The notes under the pieces: generated by a model | Database searches by the model: none | What the model was told of the DNA's origin: nothing | Seen by the model: only the letters and a program-made list of their open reading frames with translations | Translations under genes and position numbers: made by a program | In this document: positions 29,383 through 39,736 of the stretch, in pieces | Layout of the letters: each line of letters begins with the position of its first letter | How positions within the stretch are numbered: position 1 is the stretch's first letter | NCBI GenBank assembly: GCA_045126815.1 | Contig: JBGVPD010000071.1 | Span: 1 to 60,351 of the forward strand | DNA from: Eubacteriales bacterium | GTDB taxonomy: Bacteria; Bacillota; Clostridia; Oscillospirales; CAG-272 | DNA length: 60,351 nt | Direction: 5' to 3'

Positions 29383-30692
29383 AAGGAGTTCCGAAAAGAA
29401 TATTGTCCTCTCTGCTTGAAAGCCTTTCGGCAGGTGTTGTTCCCAGAAAGGGAGCTCCCTACGTTGCAATAGGCAGGGAGATGGAAGTATCCTCTTTGCT
29501 TGATGCTTTAGAGGGGGTATCCGAGGGCAGTTCTTTTATGAAGCTGATCATCGGCAGATACGGAAGCGGTAAGAGTTTTCTTATTCAGCTTGTAAGAGGT
29601 TATGCCGTTGAAAAGGGATTTGTTTGTTGCGATGCTGACCTATCTCCTGAAAGAAGACTGTACGGTTCAAAGGGGAACGGTCTTGCGACATATAAAGAAC
29701 TGATAAAAAATATGTGTACCAAAACATCTCCTGACGGGAACAGTTTACAGTCTTTGATTGCAAAATGGATATCGAACACACAGTCGGAGGTTGCTTTAAG
29801 CGGACTAGAGATTGGAACAAAGGCGTTTGACGATGAGGTTGAAAAAAGGATATACAGTGTAACTTCACGCGCAGAAAGTCAGGTTGGAGGATTTGATTTT
29901 GCAACCGTTATTAACGCTATATACAAAGCGCATAAGACGGATGACGATTTACTGAAGGCAAATGCTTTTAGGTGGTTAAGAGGCGAGTTTTCTAATAAGA
30001 CAGAGGCGAAGAGCGCTTTAAAGGTTTCATCGATAATAAATGACGAAAACTGGTATGATTATATAAAGTTGTTTGCTTTTTTTGTAAGAGAAATAGGCTA
30101 CAAAGGCTTTGTGATTTTTATTGATGAATGTGTAAATCTGTATAAGATCACAAACAGGATATCGCGAGAGGCAAATTACGAAAAGCTTTTGTCGATGTTT
30201 AATGATACTCTTCAGGGAAATGCAAATGGTTTAGGTATAGTGCTTGGCGGAACGCCGATGTTTCTTGAAGATAAGAGAAGGGGACTTTTCAGTTACGAGG
30301 CTTTAAAAAGCCGACTTGAAGAGGGAAGATATTCATCAAATGGTTTTAAGAATTTGATGGGGCCGGTTATACGCCTTGAAAGGTTGGACGATAACCAGCT
30401 TTACGCTCTTGTTTTGAGAGTGAAAAATCTTCACGCGCAAAACTATAATTGGGAAGTACCAATAAACGATAGCGAAGCAGAATGCTTTTTGAAAGATTGT
30501 CTTTCGAGGGCCGGAGCGGAAAAGATGATAACGCCGAGAGAAGTTATAAGAGACTTTATAGAGGTGCTTAACATTTTATATCAGAACCCTACGGCAAAAT
30601 TTTTAGATATTGTAAAAGTAAATACCGCTAAGGCTGAAAATGCCGAGACGGTTGATAATAATCAATTTGATTTATCCGATATTGAACTTTAA
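29367..30692 (+). CDS. DUF2791/BrxD-like P-loop ATPase (SngB-like)
   Basis: SLSAGVVPRKG, GRYGSGKSF Walker A, IFIDE Walker B, YEALKSRL, TPREVIRDF. Confidence 0.88.
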   Translation: MAEIVKGVPKRILSSLLESLSAGVVPRKGAPYVAIGREMEVSSLLDALEGVSEGSSFMKLIIGRYGSGKSFLIQLVRGYAVEKGFVCCDADLSPERRLYGSKGNGLATYKELIKNMCTKTSPDGNSLQSLIAKWISNTQSEVALSGLEIGTKAFDDEVEKRIYSVTSRAESQVGGFDFATVINAIYKAHKTDDDLLKANAFRWLRGEFSNKTEAKSALKVSSIINDENWYDYIKLFAFFVREIGYKGFVIFIDECVNLYKITNRISREANYEKLLSMFNDTLQGNANGLGIVLGGTPMFLEDKRRGLFSYEALKSRLEEGRYSSNGFKNLMGPVIRLERLDDNQLYALVLRVKNLHAQNYNWEVPINDSEAECFLKDCLSRAGAEKMITPREVIRDFIEVLNILYQNPTAKFLDIVKVNTAKAENAETVDNNQFDLSDIEL

Positions 30693-30706
30693 GGAGTAAA
30701 AAATAT

Positions 30707-33322
30707 ATGAAGTGGACAGGACTTAATGATTTAAGAGAAGCTTATCTTTCATTTTTTGAGAGTAAAGGACATTTAAGACACAAGAGTTTTCCTCTTGTTC
30801 CGATTGATGATAAATCTCTTTTGCTTATAAACGCAGGTATGGCGCCTTTGAAGAAATATTTCAAGGGTGAGTCAGAACCCCCTCGTCACAGAATGACTAC
30901 TTGTCAGAAATGTATCCGTACCCCCGATATTGAAAGGGTTGGTATAACGGCTCGTCACGGTACGTTTTTTGAAATGCTTGGAAACTTTTCTTTTGGAGAC
31001 TATTTCAAGGAAGAGGCAATAACGTGGGCGTGGGAATTTTGTACCAAGGTTATAGAGCTTCCCGAAGAAAAGATTTGGGTAACGATATACGAAGAAGATG
31101 ACGAAGCTTTTGAAATATGGAATAAAAAGGTTGGAGTTCCTGCCGAAAGAATAGTTAGACTTGGCGACGACAACTTCTGGGAGATCGGAAGCGGTCCTTG
31201 CGGTCCTTGTTCAGAGCTTCACTTCGACAGAGGTGAAGAGTTTGGTTGCGGTTCACCCGATTGCAAACCGGGATGTGACTGTGACAGATTTATGGAATTC
31301 TGGAACCTTGTATTTACTCAGTTTGACGGTGACGGCGCAGGTAACTATACCCCTCTTGCAAAGCCTAACATTGATACGGGTATGGGGCTTGAAAGACTTG
31401 CTTGCGTTATGCAGGGAGTAAACAACCTTTTTGAAGTCGATACTGTTAAAAACATTATGGCAAAGGTATCTGAGATATCAAACGTTAAATATGGCGAAGA
31501 TCCCAAGAAAGATATATCTTTGCGTGTAATTACAGACCATATAAGAAGTACGTCCTTCCTTATTTGCGATGGCGTCGTTCCATCAAATGAGGGCAGAGGA
31601 TATATTTTGAGAAGACTTCTTCGCAGAGCGGCAAGACACGGAAGAATACTTGGAATCAAGGGAACATTCCTTTCGGAATTATGTGATGTCGTTGCAAAAG
31701 AAAACTTAAGCGCATATCCCGAACTTACCGAAAAACTTGACTACATCAAAAAGATCATAGGCATTGAAGAAGAACGTTTTGCTTCAACTGTTGACAGCGG
31801 ACTTGAAATGCTCGGTAAACTTATTGAAACAGCTAAAAATGATAAAACAAATAAGCTCAGTGGAAGTGACGTATTCAAACTTTCCGATACTTACGGTTTC
31901 CCTTATGACCTAACTCGTGAAATATCACAAGAAGCCGGAGTCAGCGTTGACACCGAAGGATATGAGGCTCTTCTCAAAGAACAGAAGGAGAGAGCAAGAG
32001 GTGCGAGAGCAGCGTTAGGTGATTTTGGTTGGGCGGCAGAGAGTTTTGATGAGTTGAAAAAGCTCGACAAGACAGAATTCTGCGGTTATACCGACACTAC
32101 GGCTTATGCTGATATTCTGGCAGTATTTGAAAGCGAAGACGGAGAAAAAGTAACCGTTATCCTTGATAAGACACCTTTCTACGCAGAAGGCGGCGGTCAG
32201 GTCGGAGACACAGGAAAAATATTCGGCATAAACGGTGAATATACGGTTATTGACACCAAGAAACATGACGGTATATATATGCATATATGCAAAGTGAAGC
32301 ATGGAGAATTGATGGAGGGTGACTCTGTATCTGCAACGGTAGATCTAGAGAGACGTAAATCAATAACAAGAAACCATTCGACAGCTCACTTGCTTCAGGC
32401 GGCATTACGCAAGGTTTTGGGAAATCATATTGAACAGGCAGGTTCGTACGTTGACGAAAACAGACTCAGATTTGACTTCTCGCACTTTACGGCTATGACG
32501 GCGGAAGAGATCGAAAAGGTTGAGAATACCGTAAACGATTGGATCTTGGCAGCTTATGATGTAAGTACGGTTGAGACTGATATTGAAACGGCAAAGGGAA
32601 TGGGCGCTACGGCTTTATTCGGAGAAAAATACGGAGATATGGTACGTGTTGTAAAAATGGGCAACGTATCGGCCGAGCTTTGCGGAGGAACGCATCTTAC
32701 TAATACCAGCCAAGCGGCTTTGTTTAAGATCATATCCGAGACGTCCGTATCTGCAGGAACGAGAAGAATTGAGGGCGTAACCGGTAGAGGTGTCCTTGAA
32801 TATATATCTGAAAAGAATAATTTAATAAACACGGTTGCCAAGGAATTGAAGGCAAATAACATAGGTGACATTCCTAAACGAATTGAACTTATACAGAATG
32901 AGCTTAAAGAGACGAAGAAGACTGTTGAAGTTTTGAATACACAGCTTTCAGAAACAAAAACTGCTGATCTTTATAAAAATGCATCTGACGTATGCGGCCT
33001 TAAAGTTGCTGTTATGAAATCTGAAGAAATGAACGTAGACGTTGCAAGAAAGGCTTGTGACAGACTTAAAGATCAACATTCTGACATTGTTGTTGCATTG
33101 GCAGCTATGGCTAACGGAAAATTGAATTTCGTAACTTGCTGCGGTAAAGACGCTGTGGCAAAAGGCGCTCATGCAGGTAATATTGCAAGAATGTTGGGTA
33201 CTTTTACCGGCGGAAGCGGAGGAGGCCGTCCCGACAGTGCAGTATCGGGCGGAAAAGACTCCGGCAAGGTAGATGAAGCGTTGGCAAAGGTATGTGAGTT
33301 CGTAGAGAGCTCGATCGGTTAA
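30707..33322 (+). CDS. alaS: Alanine--tRNA ligase
   Basis: NAGMAPLK, HGTFFEMLGNFSFGDYFK, DTGMGLER, HSTAH, ELCGGTH, GGGRP. Confidence 0.99.
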   Translation: MKWTGLNDLREAYLSFFESKGHLRHKSFPLVPIDDKSLLLINAGMAPLKKYFKGESEPPRHRMTTCQKCIRTPDIERVGITARHGTFFEMLGNFSFGDYFKEEAITWAWEFCTKVIELPEEKIWVTIYEEDDEAFEIWNKKVGVPAERIVRLGDDNFWEIGSGPCGPCSELHFDRGEEFGCGSPDCKPGCDCDRFMEFWNLVFTQFDGDGAGNYTPLAKPNIDTGMGLERLACVMQGVNNLFEVDTVKNIMAKVSEISNVKYGEDPKKDISLRVITDHIRSTSFLICDGVVPSNEGRGYILRRLLRRAARHGRILGIKGTFLSELCDVVAKENLSAYPELTEKLDYIKKIIGIEEERFASTVDSGLEMLGKLIETAKNDKTNKLSGSDVFKLSDTYGFPYDLTREISQEAGVSVDTEGYEALLKEQKERARGARAALGDFGWAAESFDELKKLDKTEFCGYTDTTAYADILAVFESEDGEKVTVILDKTPFYAEGGGQVGDTGKIFGINGEYTVIDTKKHDGIYMHICKVKHGELMEGDSVSATVDLERRKSITRNHSTAHLLQAALRKVLGNHIEQAGSYVDENRLRFDFSHFTAMTAEEIEKVENTVNDWILAAYDVSTVETDIETAKGMGATALFGEKYGDMVRVVKMGNVSAELCGGTHLTNTSQAALFKIISETSVSAGTRRIEGVTGRGVLEYISEKNNLINTVAKELKANNIGDIPKRIELIQNELKETKKTVEVLNTQLSETKTADLYKNASDVCGLKVAVMKSEEMNVDVARKACDRLKDQHSDIVVALAAMANGKLNFVTCCGKDAVAKGAHAGNIARMLGTFTGGSGGGRPDSAVSGGKDSGKVDEALAKVCEFVESSIG

Positions 33323-33355
33323 AAGTACGTTAAAATATAATATTTAAGAGGGACG

Positions 33356-34471
33356 GTGGTATTGTTAATGAATAACAAATACGTAAAAATCTTGGCATTG
33401 ATAGCTGCGATATTGCTTGTTATGTGTGTAGCGATCGCTGTCTTTGGTAGGGACGAAGGCCCGTCACAAAATAAAAATGATACAAATAAAGACTCTAATG
33501 AAGACGGAGTAAAGGTACCAAGCATAAATCAGCTCGTGTATGCTTTAAATCTGGAGGGCGAGGTAAAATTTGATTTTACGGTTCTTGAGGAAAACTTGAG
33601 AAAGAACGAGAGATTTAAGTCATATTTGATAAACAGCGAATACAGTATGGTTTATCAGATAACCGACGGTTATTCCGAGACTGAGATAAAAGCATATCTT
33701 GGTATTGAGGGTGAACTACCTAAGGTGAATTATTCCCAGAACTTTTTGGTGTTATCGACCGGTAGAAAAATACACGATATCGGAACCAATATCAACACCG
33801 TAACATACAACGATATGGAAGTGCTTGATGTTTTGTATTCAGATGAAGCATACAATGAAAATACGGTTTACGTATACTCGATGAATACGTCAAAGTTTGT
33901 ATCGGGAGAGATTTTAGAGAATTATTATTGGGAAAACGCTATGCCCGAAAGTAATTTTTATATTCCCGAAACAGTTAACCGAGAAGTTTTGTCAAGCGGA
34001 AAGTATCATAAGCTTTACAAGGGGCAAGATGATACCGTTGAGTGTGAATTATATTCGTCTGACGGCGAAAAGGTGATAAGACGTCTTGTTTGCCAAGGTG
34101 ACGTTAAAGTTACGGAAAACAAAGCATCTTTGGTAAAGATTGATTTTGGTGAAAGAAACAAGTATTTCAACACCCAAAATAATGTTTTTTCGGAAGAGTA
34201 TTCGTTTAACACTGATTACTTAATATATAATATTATCACTTATATGCGTGTAAAGAACGGACAGATCCAGCTTATCTTACGAGATGCTTATGATTCGTAT
34301 TTTTATGCAAAGATAGTCGTACTTCCTTTCTCAAACGATACCGAAAACTTGGACTCTCTCGTTGAGAGCATAAAAGTTATAGACGATACTCATATTGAAG
34401 TAGAGTATTATACAGGAACTTATAAGACTTTGGTAAAAGAAACTGTTGAAGTATATAATTTGAACAGATAA
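33356..34471 (+). CDS. Hypothetical exported/membrane-anchored protein
   Basis: 371-aa ORF with N-terminal hydrophobic anchor; terminator at ~34484-34518. Confidence 0.7.
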   Translation: MVLLMNNKYVKILALIAAILLVMCVAIAVFGRDEGPSQNKNDTNKDSNEDGVKVPSINQLVYALNLEGEVKFDFTVLEENLRKNERFKSYLINSEYSMVYQITDGYSETEIKAYLGIEGELPKVNYSQNFLVLSTGRKIHDIGTNINTVTYNDMEVLDVLYSDEAYNENTVYVYSMNTSKFVSGEILENYYWENAMPESNFYIPETVNREVLSSGKYHKLYKGQDDTVECELYSSDGEKVIRRLVCQGDVKVTENKASLVKIDFGERNKYFNTQNNVFSEEYSFNTDYLIYNIITYMRVKNGQIQLILRDAYDSYFYAKIVVLPFSNDTENLDSLVESIKVIDDTHIEVEYYTGTYKTLVKETVEVYNLNR

Positions 34472-34536
34472 ATAAAGCTAATAAAAAATGTGTACGGAAT
34501 GTTCCGTACACATTTTTTGTTAATTTGTAATTATAA

Positions 34537-36069
34537 TTATTTTTCAACAGATTCACTGGGCTCAACGGGTTCAACTACTTCGTATACCGAGTAAGTGAAT
34601 ATTGAGCTGTATCTGTAACCTAAACTTTTATAGGAAATTGACTGGTTGAAGGGAACGTTGTCACCAAGTTCGGGAATCGAAGCTGCCGAATCACAAATAC
34701 GGAATTCATAGTTTCCGTTTTTATCGTCGGGGTTGAGACATTCTGTAAATACAACGTAATGGGTTGTATCTTCGTAGCCGTTATACATACCAACCACAAC
34801 ACCCTCGGGGTGTTTATCGAGCAATTCTTTTATATGTTTTAAAGAGTTGCCGTGATATTCTTTGGTAACGACGGTGTTACCGTCAACAAGAAATCTGGGG
34901 TTGATAAGATAATGGCTGACACTTACGGGGTTGTTCCAAGTAGTTAAACTTCTTGTAACGCCTTTTGTGCCTGTATTTGCCAAAGCAACAGTATAGGGAT
35001 CGGCGTCAAGCTCGTTTTCTTTGTCGGTTCTGAAATCGTAACCGTTTGTGAGCTTAGCTCCCATATTGTGAAGAACCATAGCTTCCGAAGAAAGCTTACA
35101 TCCCTCGTCCATCCAGTCTGCAGCCGATCTGTAACCGTGCGAGAAGAACAAACGGTTGTTGAACGTTACATTCGTCAAGGGTGATGCATACCAACCACCG
35201 CTGTACATATTGTGCTGACTGTACCAGGTGTATGCATAAAGATCTGTTACTTTAACAGTTGTTGATACCTTTTTTGTACCGCACGATACGGTAATGGTTG
35301 AAGTTCCTTCGGAGAGGGCGTAAACGACACCGTTTTCGTCTACGGAGGCTACTTCAGAATTACTGCTTTCCCAGACCATATTTCCAATCAAATGTTCGGG
35401 AGTAAGAGCAGCATAGATATCACGGCTGTCACCAAGTCTTAAGTTGATGTAAGAGCCTTCCATTTCAAGTGTTGCAGATGATACTTTAATAAACTGCCAC
35501 TGTTGTTTCGAGCTGTCATTTTCAAGAGAAAGACCTGCCAAGGAATAGCCGTAGTTTGATCTTGTTGAGGATATCCCCAAAGCAAACTGGGTGTCGATCA
35601 TACAAGAAGGCTTGATAGTGTAGTAGGTTATATTAGTTTCTTCGTTGATGACCGGAACGATCGTAAATTTACTTTGATTTGATATCTCTTCTTTTTTGGT
35701 TATAAATTCGCCTTCCATAATATCAAATTCATAGGAAAGGGAATAGATACCGTTTTCGCTTTGAGGATAGATTATATATGTATTATCATCCTGTCTTTTT
35801 ACGTAAAAATCCTGACCGTTTTGTCCTGATTTGTTTGAAAGATAAGTTTTTCCTTCTTTATCATAGATAAAATCAAACACATCGAGGTATTGACCGGTTT
35901 GACGGTTTACTATGTTATAAATACCGTCATTAAGCTGTGTCGGGTCTGTTTCATTTGTAAAAAGGCTAACTGCCGCTGATGCCGAAATAATAAAAATAAT
36001 AGATGCCAAACTCGCGATGACTATAAACAGAACTAGTCTTTTACAATCAAATCGTTTAATGTAAACCAC
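34537..36069 (-). CDS. Secreted protein: ricin-type beta-trefoil, Ig-like (Big_2) and papain-like (C39-type) peptidase-like domains
   Basis: GIYNIVNRQTGQYLDV..QQWQF; WESSNSEVASVDENGVV.A...GTSTITV; GCKLSSEAMVL / HYVV / ICDSA Cys-His-Asp pattern. Confidence 0.65.
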   Translation of the reverse strand: MVYIKRFDCKRLVLFIVIASLASIIFIISASAAVSLFTNETDPTQLNDGIYNIVNRQTGQYLDVFDFIYDKEGKTYLSNKSGQNGQDFYVKRQDDNTYIIYPQSENGIYSLSYEFDIMEGEFITKKEEISNQSKFTIVPVINEETNITYYTIKPSCMIDTQFALGISSTRSNYGYSLAGLSLENDSSKQQWQFIKVSSATLEMEGSYINLRLGDSRDIYAALTPEHLIGNMVWESSNSEVASVDENGVVYALSEGTSTITVSCGTKKVSTTVKVTDLYAYTWYSQHNMYSGGWYASPLTNVTFNNRLFFSHGYRSAADWMDEGCKLSSEAMVLHNMGAKLTNGYDFRTDKENELDADPYTVALANTGTKGVTRSLTTWNNPVSVSHYLINPRFLVDGNTVVTKEYHGNSLKHIKELLDKHPEGVVVGMYNGYEDTTHYVVFTECLNPDDKNGNYEFRICDSAASIPELGDNVPFNQSISYKSLGYRYSSIFTYSVYEVVEPVEPSESVEK

Positions 36070-36376
36070 CTCTTAATAATTATTTGTTAAACACAAAATA
36101 CCTAAACATTATACCATATTTATATCAAAGTGTCAACAAAAGTATTAAAACTTTGTGCAACGTGCACAAAAGTGTGGACTTGATTAGTTAATTACAAAGG
36201 GAAAAGGGGGATAGTATACTCAAATATATATAATTTTTTTATGCAACAGTACTAAAATGGTATAAAATTTGCTGTATATAATATAATATGAAGAAAAATA
36301 AAAACTCTTAAAAAGTAAGATGAATAAATACAGGAAAATAAAGTAAAAATTGAAATAAATTCCATAGCCAAAATAC

Positions 36377-36406
36377 GAATAACAATATACCCTTTAAGGC
36401 AATACT
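36377..36406 (+). promoter_or_regulatory. SigF/SigG-type promoter upstream of sigG
   Basis: GAATA-N16-GGCAATACT resembles the forespore sigma consensus. Confidence 0.55.
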
Positions 36407-36439
36407 TTTCTTGCGTTACAAAAAGCGGGAGGAAAGTAA

Positions 36440-37234
36440 ATGTATTACAATAAGGTCGAAATAAGCGGAGTTAATACATCGAAGCTCAAGACACTTACCT
36501 CCGATGAAAAGCAAGAACTGCTGAAAAAGGCATCAAAGGGAGATGCTGTGGCAAGACAAGAGTTAATCGACGGGAATTTACGTTTGGTTTTAAGCATAGT
36601 ACAAAGGTTTTCAAACAGAAACGAAAATGCAGATGATCTTTTTCAGGTTGGTTGTATCGGTTTAATAAAAGCGGTTGACAATTTTAATACAGAGCTTGAT
36701 GTAAAGTTTTCAACTTACGCTGTGCCCATGATAATCGGAGAAGTAAAAAGATACCTAAGGGACAATAACAGCATAAGGGTGAGCCGTTCGGTAAAAGATT
36801 TAGCTTACAAAGCTTTACAGATAAAAGAAACGTTATCAAAAACACTTTCGAGGGAGCCGACTTTCGATGAGATAACAAAAAAGTTAAATGAGACGGGAGA
36901 GGAGTACACAAAAGAGGCAATAGTAAATGCGCTTGAAGCGATAATGGAGCCTATATCATTATTTGAACCCGTATATAACGACGGTTCATCGTCAGATGCT
37001 TTATACGTTATGGATCAGGTCAAGGACGAAAAAAACACAGATGAGATGTGGCTTGAGGACATATCGATACGAGAGGCTATGAAACGGCTCGGTCAAAGGG
37101 AGAGAGATATTATAAATATGAGATATTTCAACGGTAAGACGCAAATGGAGATTGCAGATGAAATAGGAATATCTCAAGCGCAGGTGTCAAGGCTTGAAAA
37201 GGGCGCTTTATCAAAAATAAGAAAATTTCTTTAA
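36440..37234 (+). CDS. sigG: Sporulation sigma factor SigG
   Basis: NKVEISGVNTSKL N-terminus, DDLFQVGCIGL, YLRDNNSIRVSRS, GISQAQVSRLEK. Confidence 0.93.
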   Translation: MYYNKVEISGVNTSKLKTLTSDEKQELLKKASKGDAVARQELIDGNLRLVLSIVQRFSNRNENADDLFQVGCIGLIKAVDNFNTELDVKFSTYAVPMIIGEVKRYLRDNNSIRVSRSVKDLAYKALQIKETLSKTLSREPTFDEITKKLNETGEEYTKEAIVNALEAIMEPISLFEPVYNDGSSSDALYVMDQVKDEKNTDEMWLEDISIREAMKRLGQRERDIINMRYFNGKTQMEIADEIGISQAQVSRLEKGALSKIRKFL

Positions 37235-37380
37235 CAGTGCTGATTTATGCAAAAAACAAAAACTTCGTAACATATACGTTATATGTACGGAGTTTTTTTA
37301 AAATTATAGACAGAAATTTGTTATTGTGATATAATATATATGATAATATAATTTTGAAAAACCGAAAGGAGATTACAAAT

Positions 37381-38613
37381 ATGGGACTTATTAAGGCAGG
37401 AATAGGCGCGTTGGGAAGCACGTTGGCTGACCAGTGGAAAGAATATTTTTACTGCGATTCAATGGATAAAGACGTTATAGTCATAAAGGGGAAGAAACGT
37501 GTAAGCGGACGTTCCTCCAACACAAAGGGAAGCGACAACATTATATCAAACGGTTCGGGAATTGCGGTTGCCGACGGCCAGTGTATGATGATAGTTGAGC
37601 AAGGGAAGATAGTTGATCTTTGCGCTGAGAGCGGTGTTTATACTTATGATAAATCAACCGAACCCAGCATCTTTTCGGGTAATTTGGGTGAAAGTATTTT
37701 AAATACGTTTAAAACTATCGGAAAGAGATTTACATACGGCGGAGATACGGGAAATGATCAGCGTGTGTATTATTTCAATACAAAAGAATTGATCGACAAT
37801 AAGTTCGGAACACCTACTCCCGTTCCTTTCAGAGTGGTTGACACAAAGATAGGACTTGACGTTGACGTTTCTCTGCGTTGTAACGGCGTTTACTCTTATA
37901 AGATCGAAAACCCGCTGTTGTTCTATACAAATGTTTGCGGAAACGTTGAAAGTGAATATTTGCGTGAAGAAATAGACGATCAGTTAAAAATTGAATTTAT
38001 AAGCGCGTTAGGACCTGCTCTCGGCAGATTGTCTGAACTTGAACTTCGTCCAAATCAGATACTTACTCACAAGAGTGAACTTGAAGATGCCGTTAATGCC
38101 GAGCTTTCACGTAAGTGGGGAGAGCTTCGCGGTATTAAGGTCGTAAGTATTGCTATGAATCCGCCCACTCTTACGGATGAAGATGCGGAAATGATAAAGA
38201 CTTTACAAAAGAGTGCTATATTGAGAGATCCTTCTCTTGCGGCAGCAACTTTGGTGGGAGCGCAGGCTGACGCTATGAGAGCGGCTGCATCAAATGACAG
38301 CGGAGCTATGACCGGATTTATGGGAATGGGAATGGCGATGAATAACGCAAATTCAGCGAATATATCTCAACTTTACAATATGGCTTCAACACAACAGACA
38401 ACACAAAATCCCAATGTTACAAACGAAGGTTGGAAATGTGTTTGCGGCAACGTTAACAAGGGAAAATTCTGCTCTGAATGCGGAAGCAAGAAACCCGTAG
38501 ATGCCCCTTTGTTCAGATGTGATAAATGCGGTTGGCAGCCTGAGGATCCAGCTAATCCTCCCAAATTCTGTCCCGAATGCGGAGATAGATTTACTGATGA
38601 GGATATAAAGTAA
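37381..38613 (+). CDS. SPFH-like (YdjI-type) protein with C-terminal zinc ribbons
   Basis: LADQWKEYF, KFGTPTP.PFR, WKCVCG..FCSECG..CDKCG..FCPECG; AAGGAG RBS before ATG 37381. Confidence 0.8.
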   Translation: MGLIKAGIGALGSTLADQWKEYFYCDSMDKDVIVIKGKKRVSGRSSNTKGSDNIISNGSGIAVADGQCMMIVEQGKIVDLCAESGVYTYDKSTEPSIFSGNLGESILNTFKTIGKRFTYGGDTGNDQRVYYFNTKELIDNKFGTPTPVPFRVVDTKIGLDVDVSLRCNGVYSYKIENPLLFYTNVCGNVESEYLREEIDDQLKIEFISALGPALGRLSELELRPNQILTHKSELEDAVNAELSRKWGELRGIKVVSIAMNPPTLTDEDAEMIKTLQKSAILRDPSLAAATLVGAQADAMRAAASNDSGAMTGFMGMGMAMNNANSANISQLYNMASTQQTTQNPNVTNEGWKCVCGNVNKGKFCSECGSKKPVDAPLFRCDKCGWQPEDPANPPKFCPECGDRFTDEDIK

Positions 38614-38647
38614 TAATTTATTATAACTAGCTAAACGGAGTAAAATA

Positions 38648-39736
38648 ATGTCCGAATTATTGCAATATAAATGTCCGTGTTGCAGTGGAGCTATAGAGTT
38701 TGACAGTAAAGCGCAAAAAATGAAATGCCCTTACTGTGACACAGAGTTTGACGTTGAAGCTTTACTTTCTTACAATGAAGATATTAATGACACATCTGAC
38801 GATGAAATGAACTGGGAAGAGTCAGATTTAAATGTCTGGGATGATAAAGATGTTGAAAACATCCGTGTTTACTCCTGCAAGTCTTGCGGCGGAGAAATTG
38901 TCGGAGACAAAACAACGGCGGCAACAGAATGTCCTTTTTGTGGAAATCCTGTTGTTGTGGCGGAGTTTGTTTCGGGGGATTACAAGCCGGATTACGTAAT
39001 ACCTTTCAAGCTTGATAAAAATGCGGCAAAGGAAGGGCTTATGAAACACCTAGAAAAAAAGCCTTTATTGCCCAAAGTTTTTAAAAGCGAGAATAAGATC
39101 GACGAGATCAAGGGAATATACGTTCCATTCTGGCTTTATAATGCTGACGTCGATGCTGATATAAGATACAGGGCAACGAGGCTGATGAGCTGGAGTGACA
39201 GTAAGTATATATACACCAAGACCAGTCATTATTCAGTTTTAAGAGGCGGTGGTATCGGATTTGAAAACGTCCCCGTTGATGGCTCGACCAAAATGCCGGA
39301 TGATCTGATGGAGTCACTTGAGCCTTACAATATGGATGATGCGGTTGATTTTCAAACTGCGTATCTTGCAGGTTATTTTGCAGATAAATACGACGTATCT
39401 TCGTCTGACAGTAAAGAAAGAGCAAACGAAAGAATAAAGAGAAGCACTGAAGAGGAATTTGCAAGAACTGTTGTAGGGTATTCTTCAGTCATCAAGCAAA
39501 GCGGACGCGTATCACTTAATAACGGCAAGCCTAAATATGCGCTTCTGCCGGTTTGGTTGCTCAATACGACGTACAAGGGCGAAAAATATACTTTTGCCAT
39601 GAACGGTCAGACGGGGAAATTTGTGGGTAATTTACCCATAGATAACGGCGCGTACTTTAAGTGGTTGTCTCTTTTGAGTGTTGGAATTGGAGCTTTAATG
39701 TTCGGCATTACTTATTTGGTGCATATTTTTGGGTGA
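38648..39736 (+). CDS. YdjG-like zinc-ribbon membrane protein
   Basis: CPCC/CPYC/CKSCG/CPFCG, VIPFK, YVPFWLY, LLPVW, NGQTGK, C-terminal TM. Confidence 0.75.
   Translation: MSELLQYKCPCCSGAIEFDSKAQKMKCPYCDTEFDVEALLSYNEDINDTSDDEMNWEESDLNVWDDKDVENIRVYSCKSCGGEIVGDKTTAATECPFCGNPVVVAEFVSGDYKPDYVIPFKLDKNAAKEGLMKHLEKKPLLPKVFKSENKIDEIKGIYVPFWLYNADVDADIRYRATRLMSWSDSKYIYTKTSHYSVLRGGGIGFENVPVDGSTKMPDDLMESLEPYNMDDAVDFQTAYLAGYFADKYDVSSSDSKERANERIKRSTEEEFARTVVGYSSVIKQSGRVSLNNGKPKYALLPVWLLNTTYKGEKYTFAMNGQTGKFVGNLPIDNGAYFKWLSLLSVGIGALMFGITYLVHIFG

Noticed and set aside
36153-36169. Rex operator
   Set aside because: The spacing is 7-3-7 rather than the 7-4-7 of TTGTGAA-N4-TTCACAA, and the flanking genes are not redox metabolism genes.
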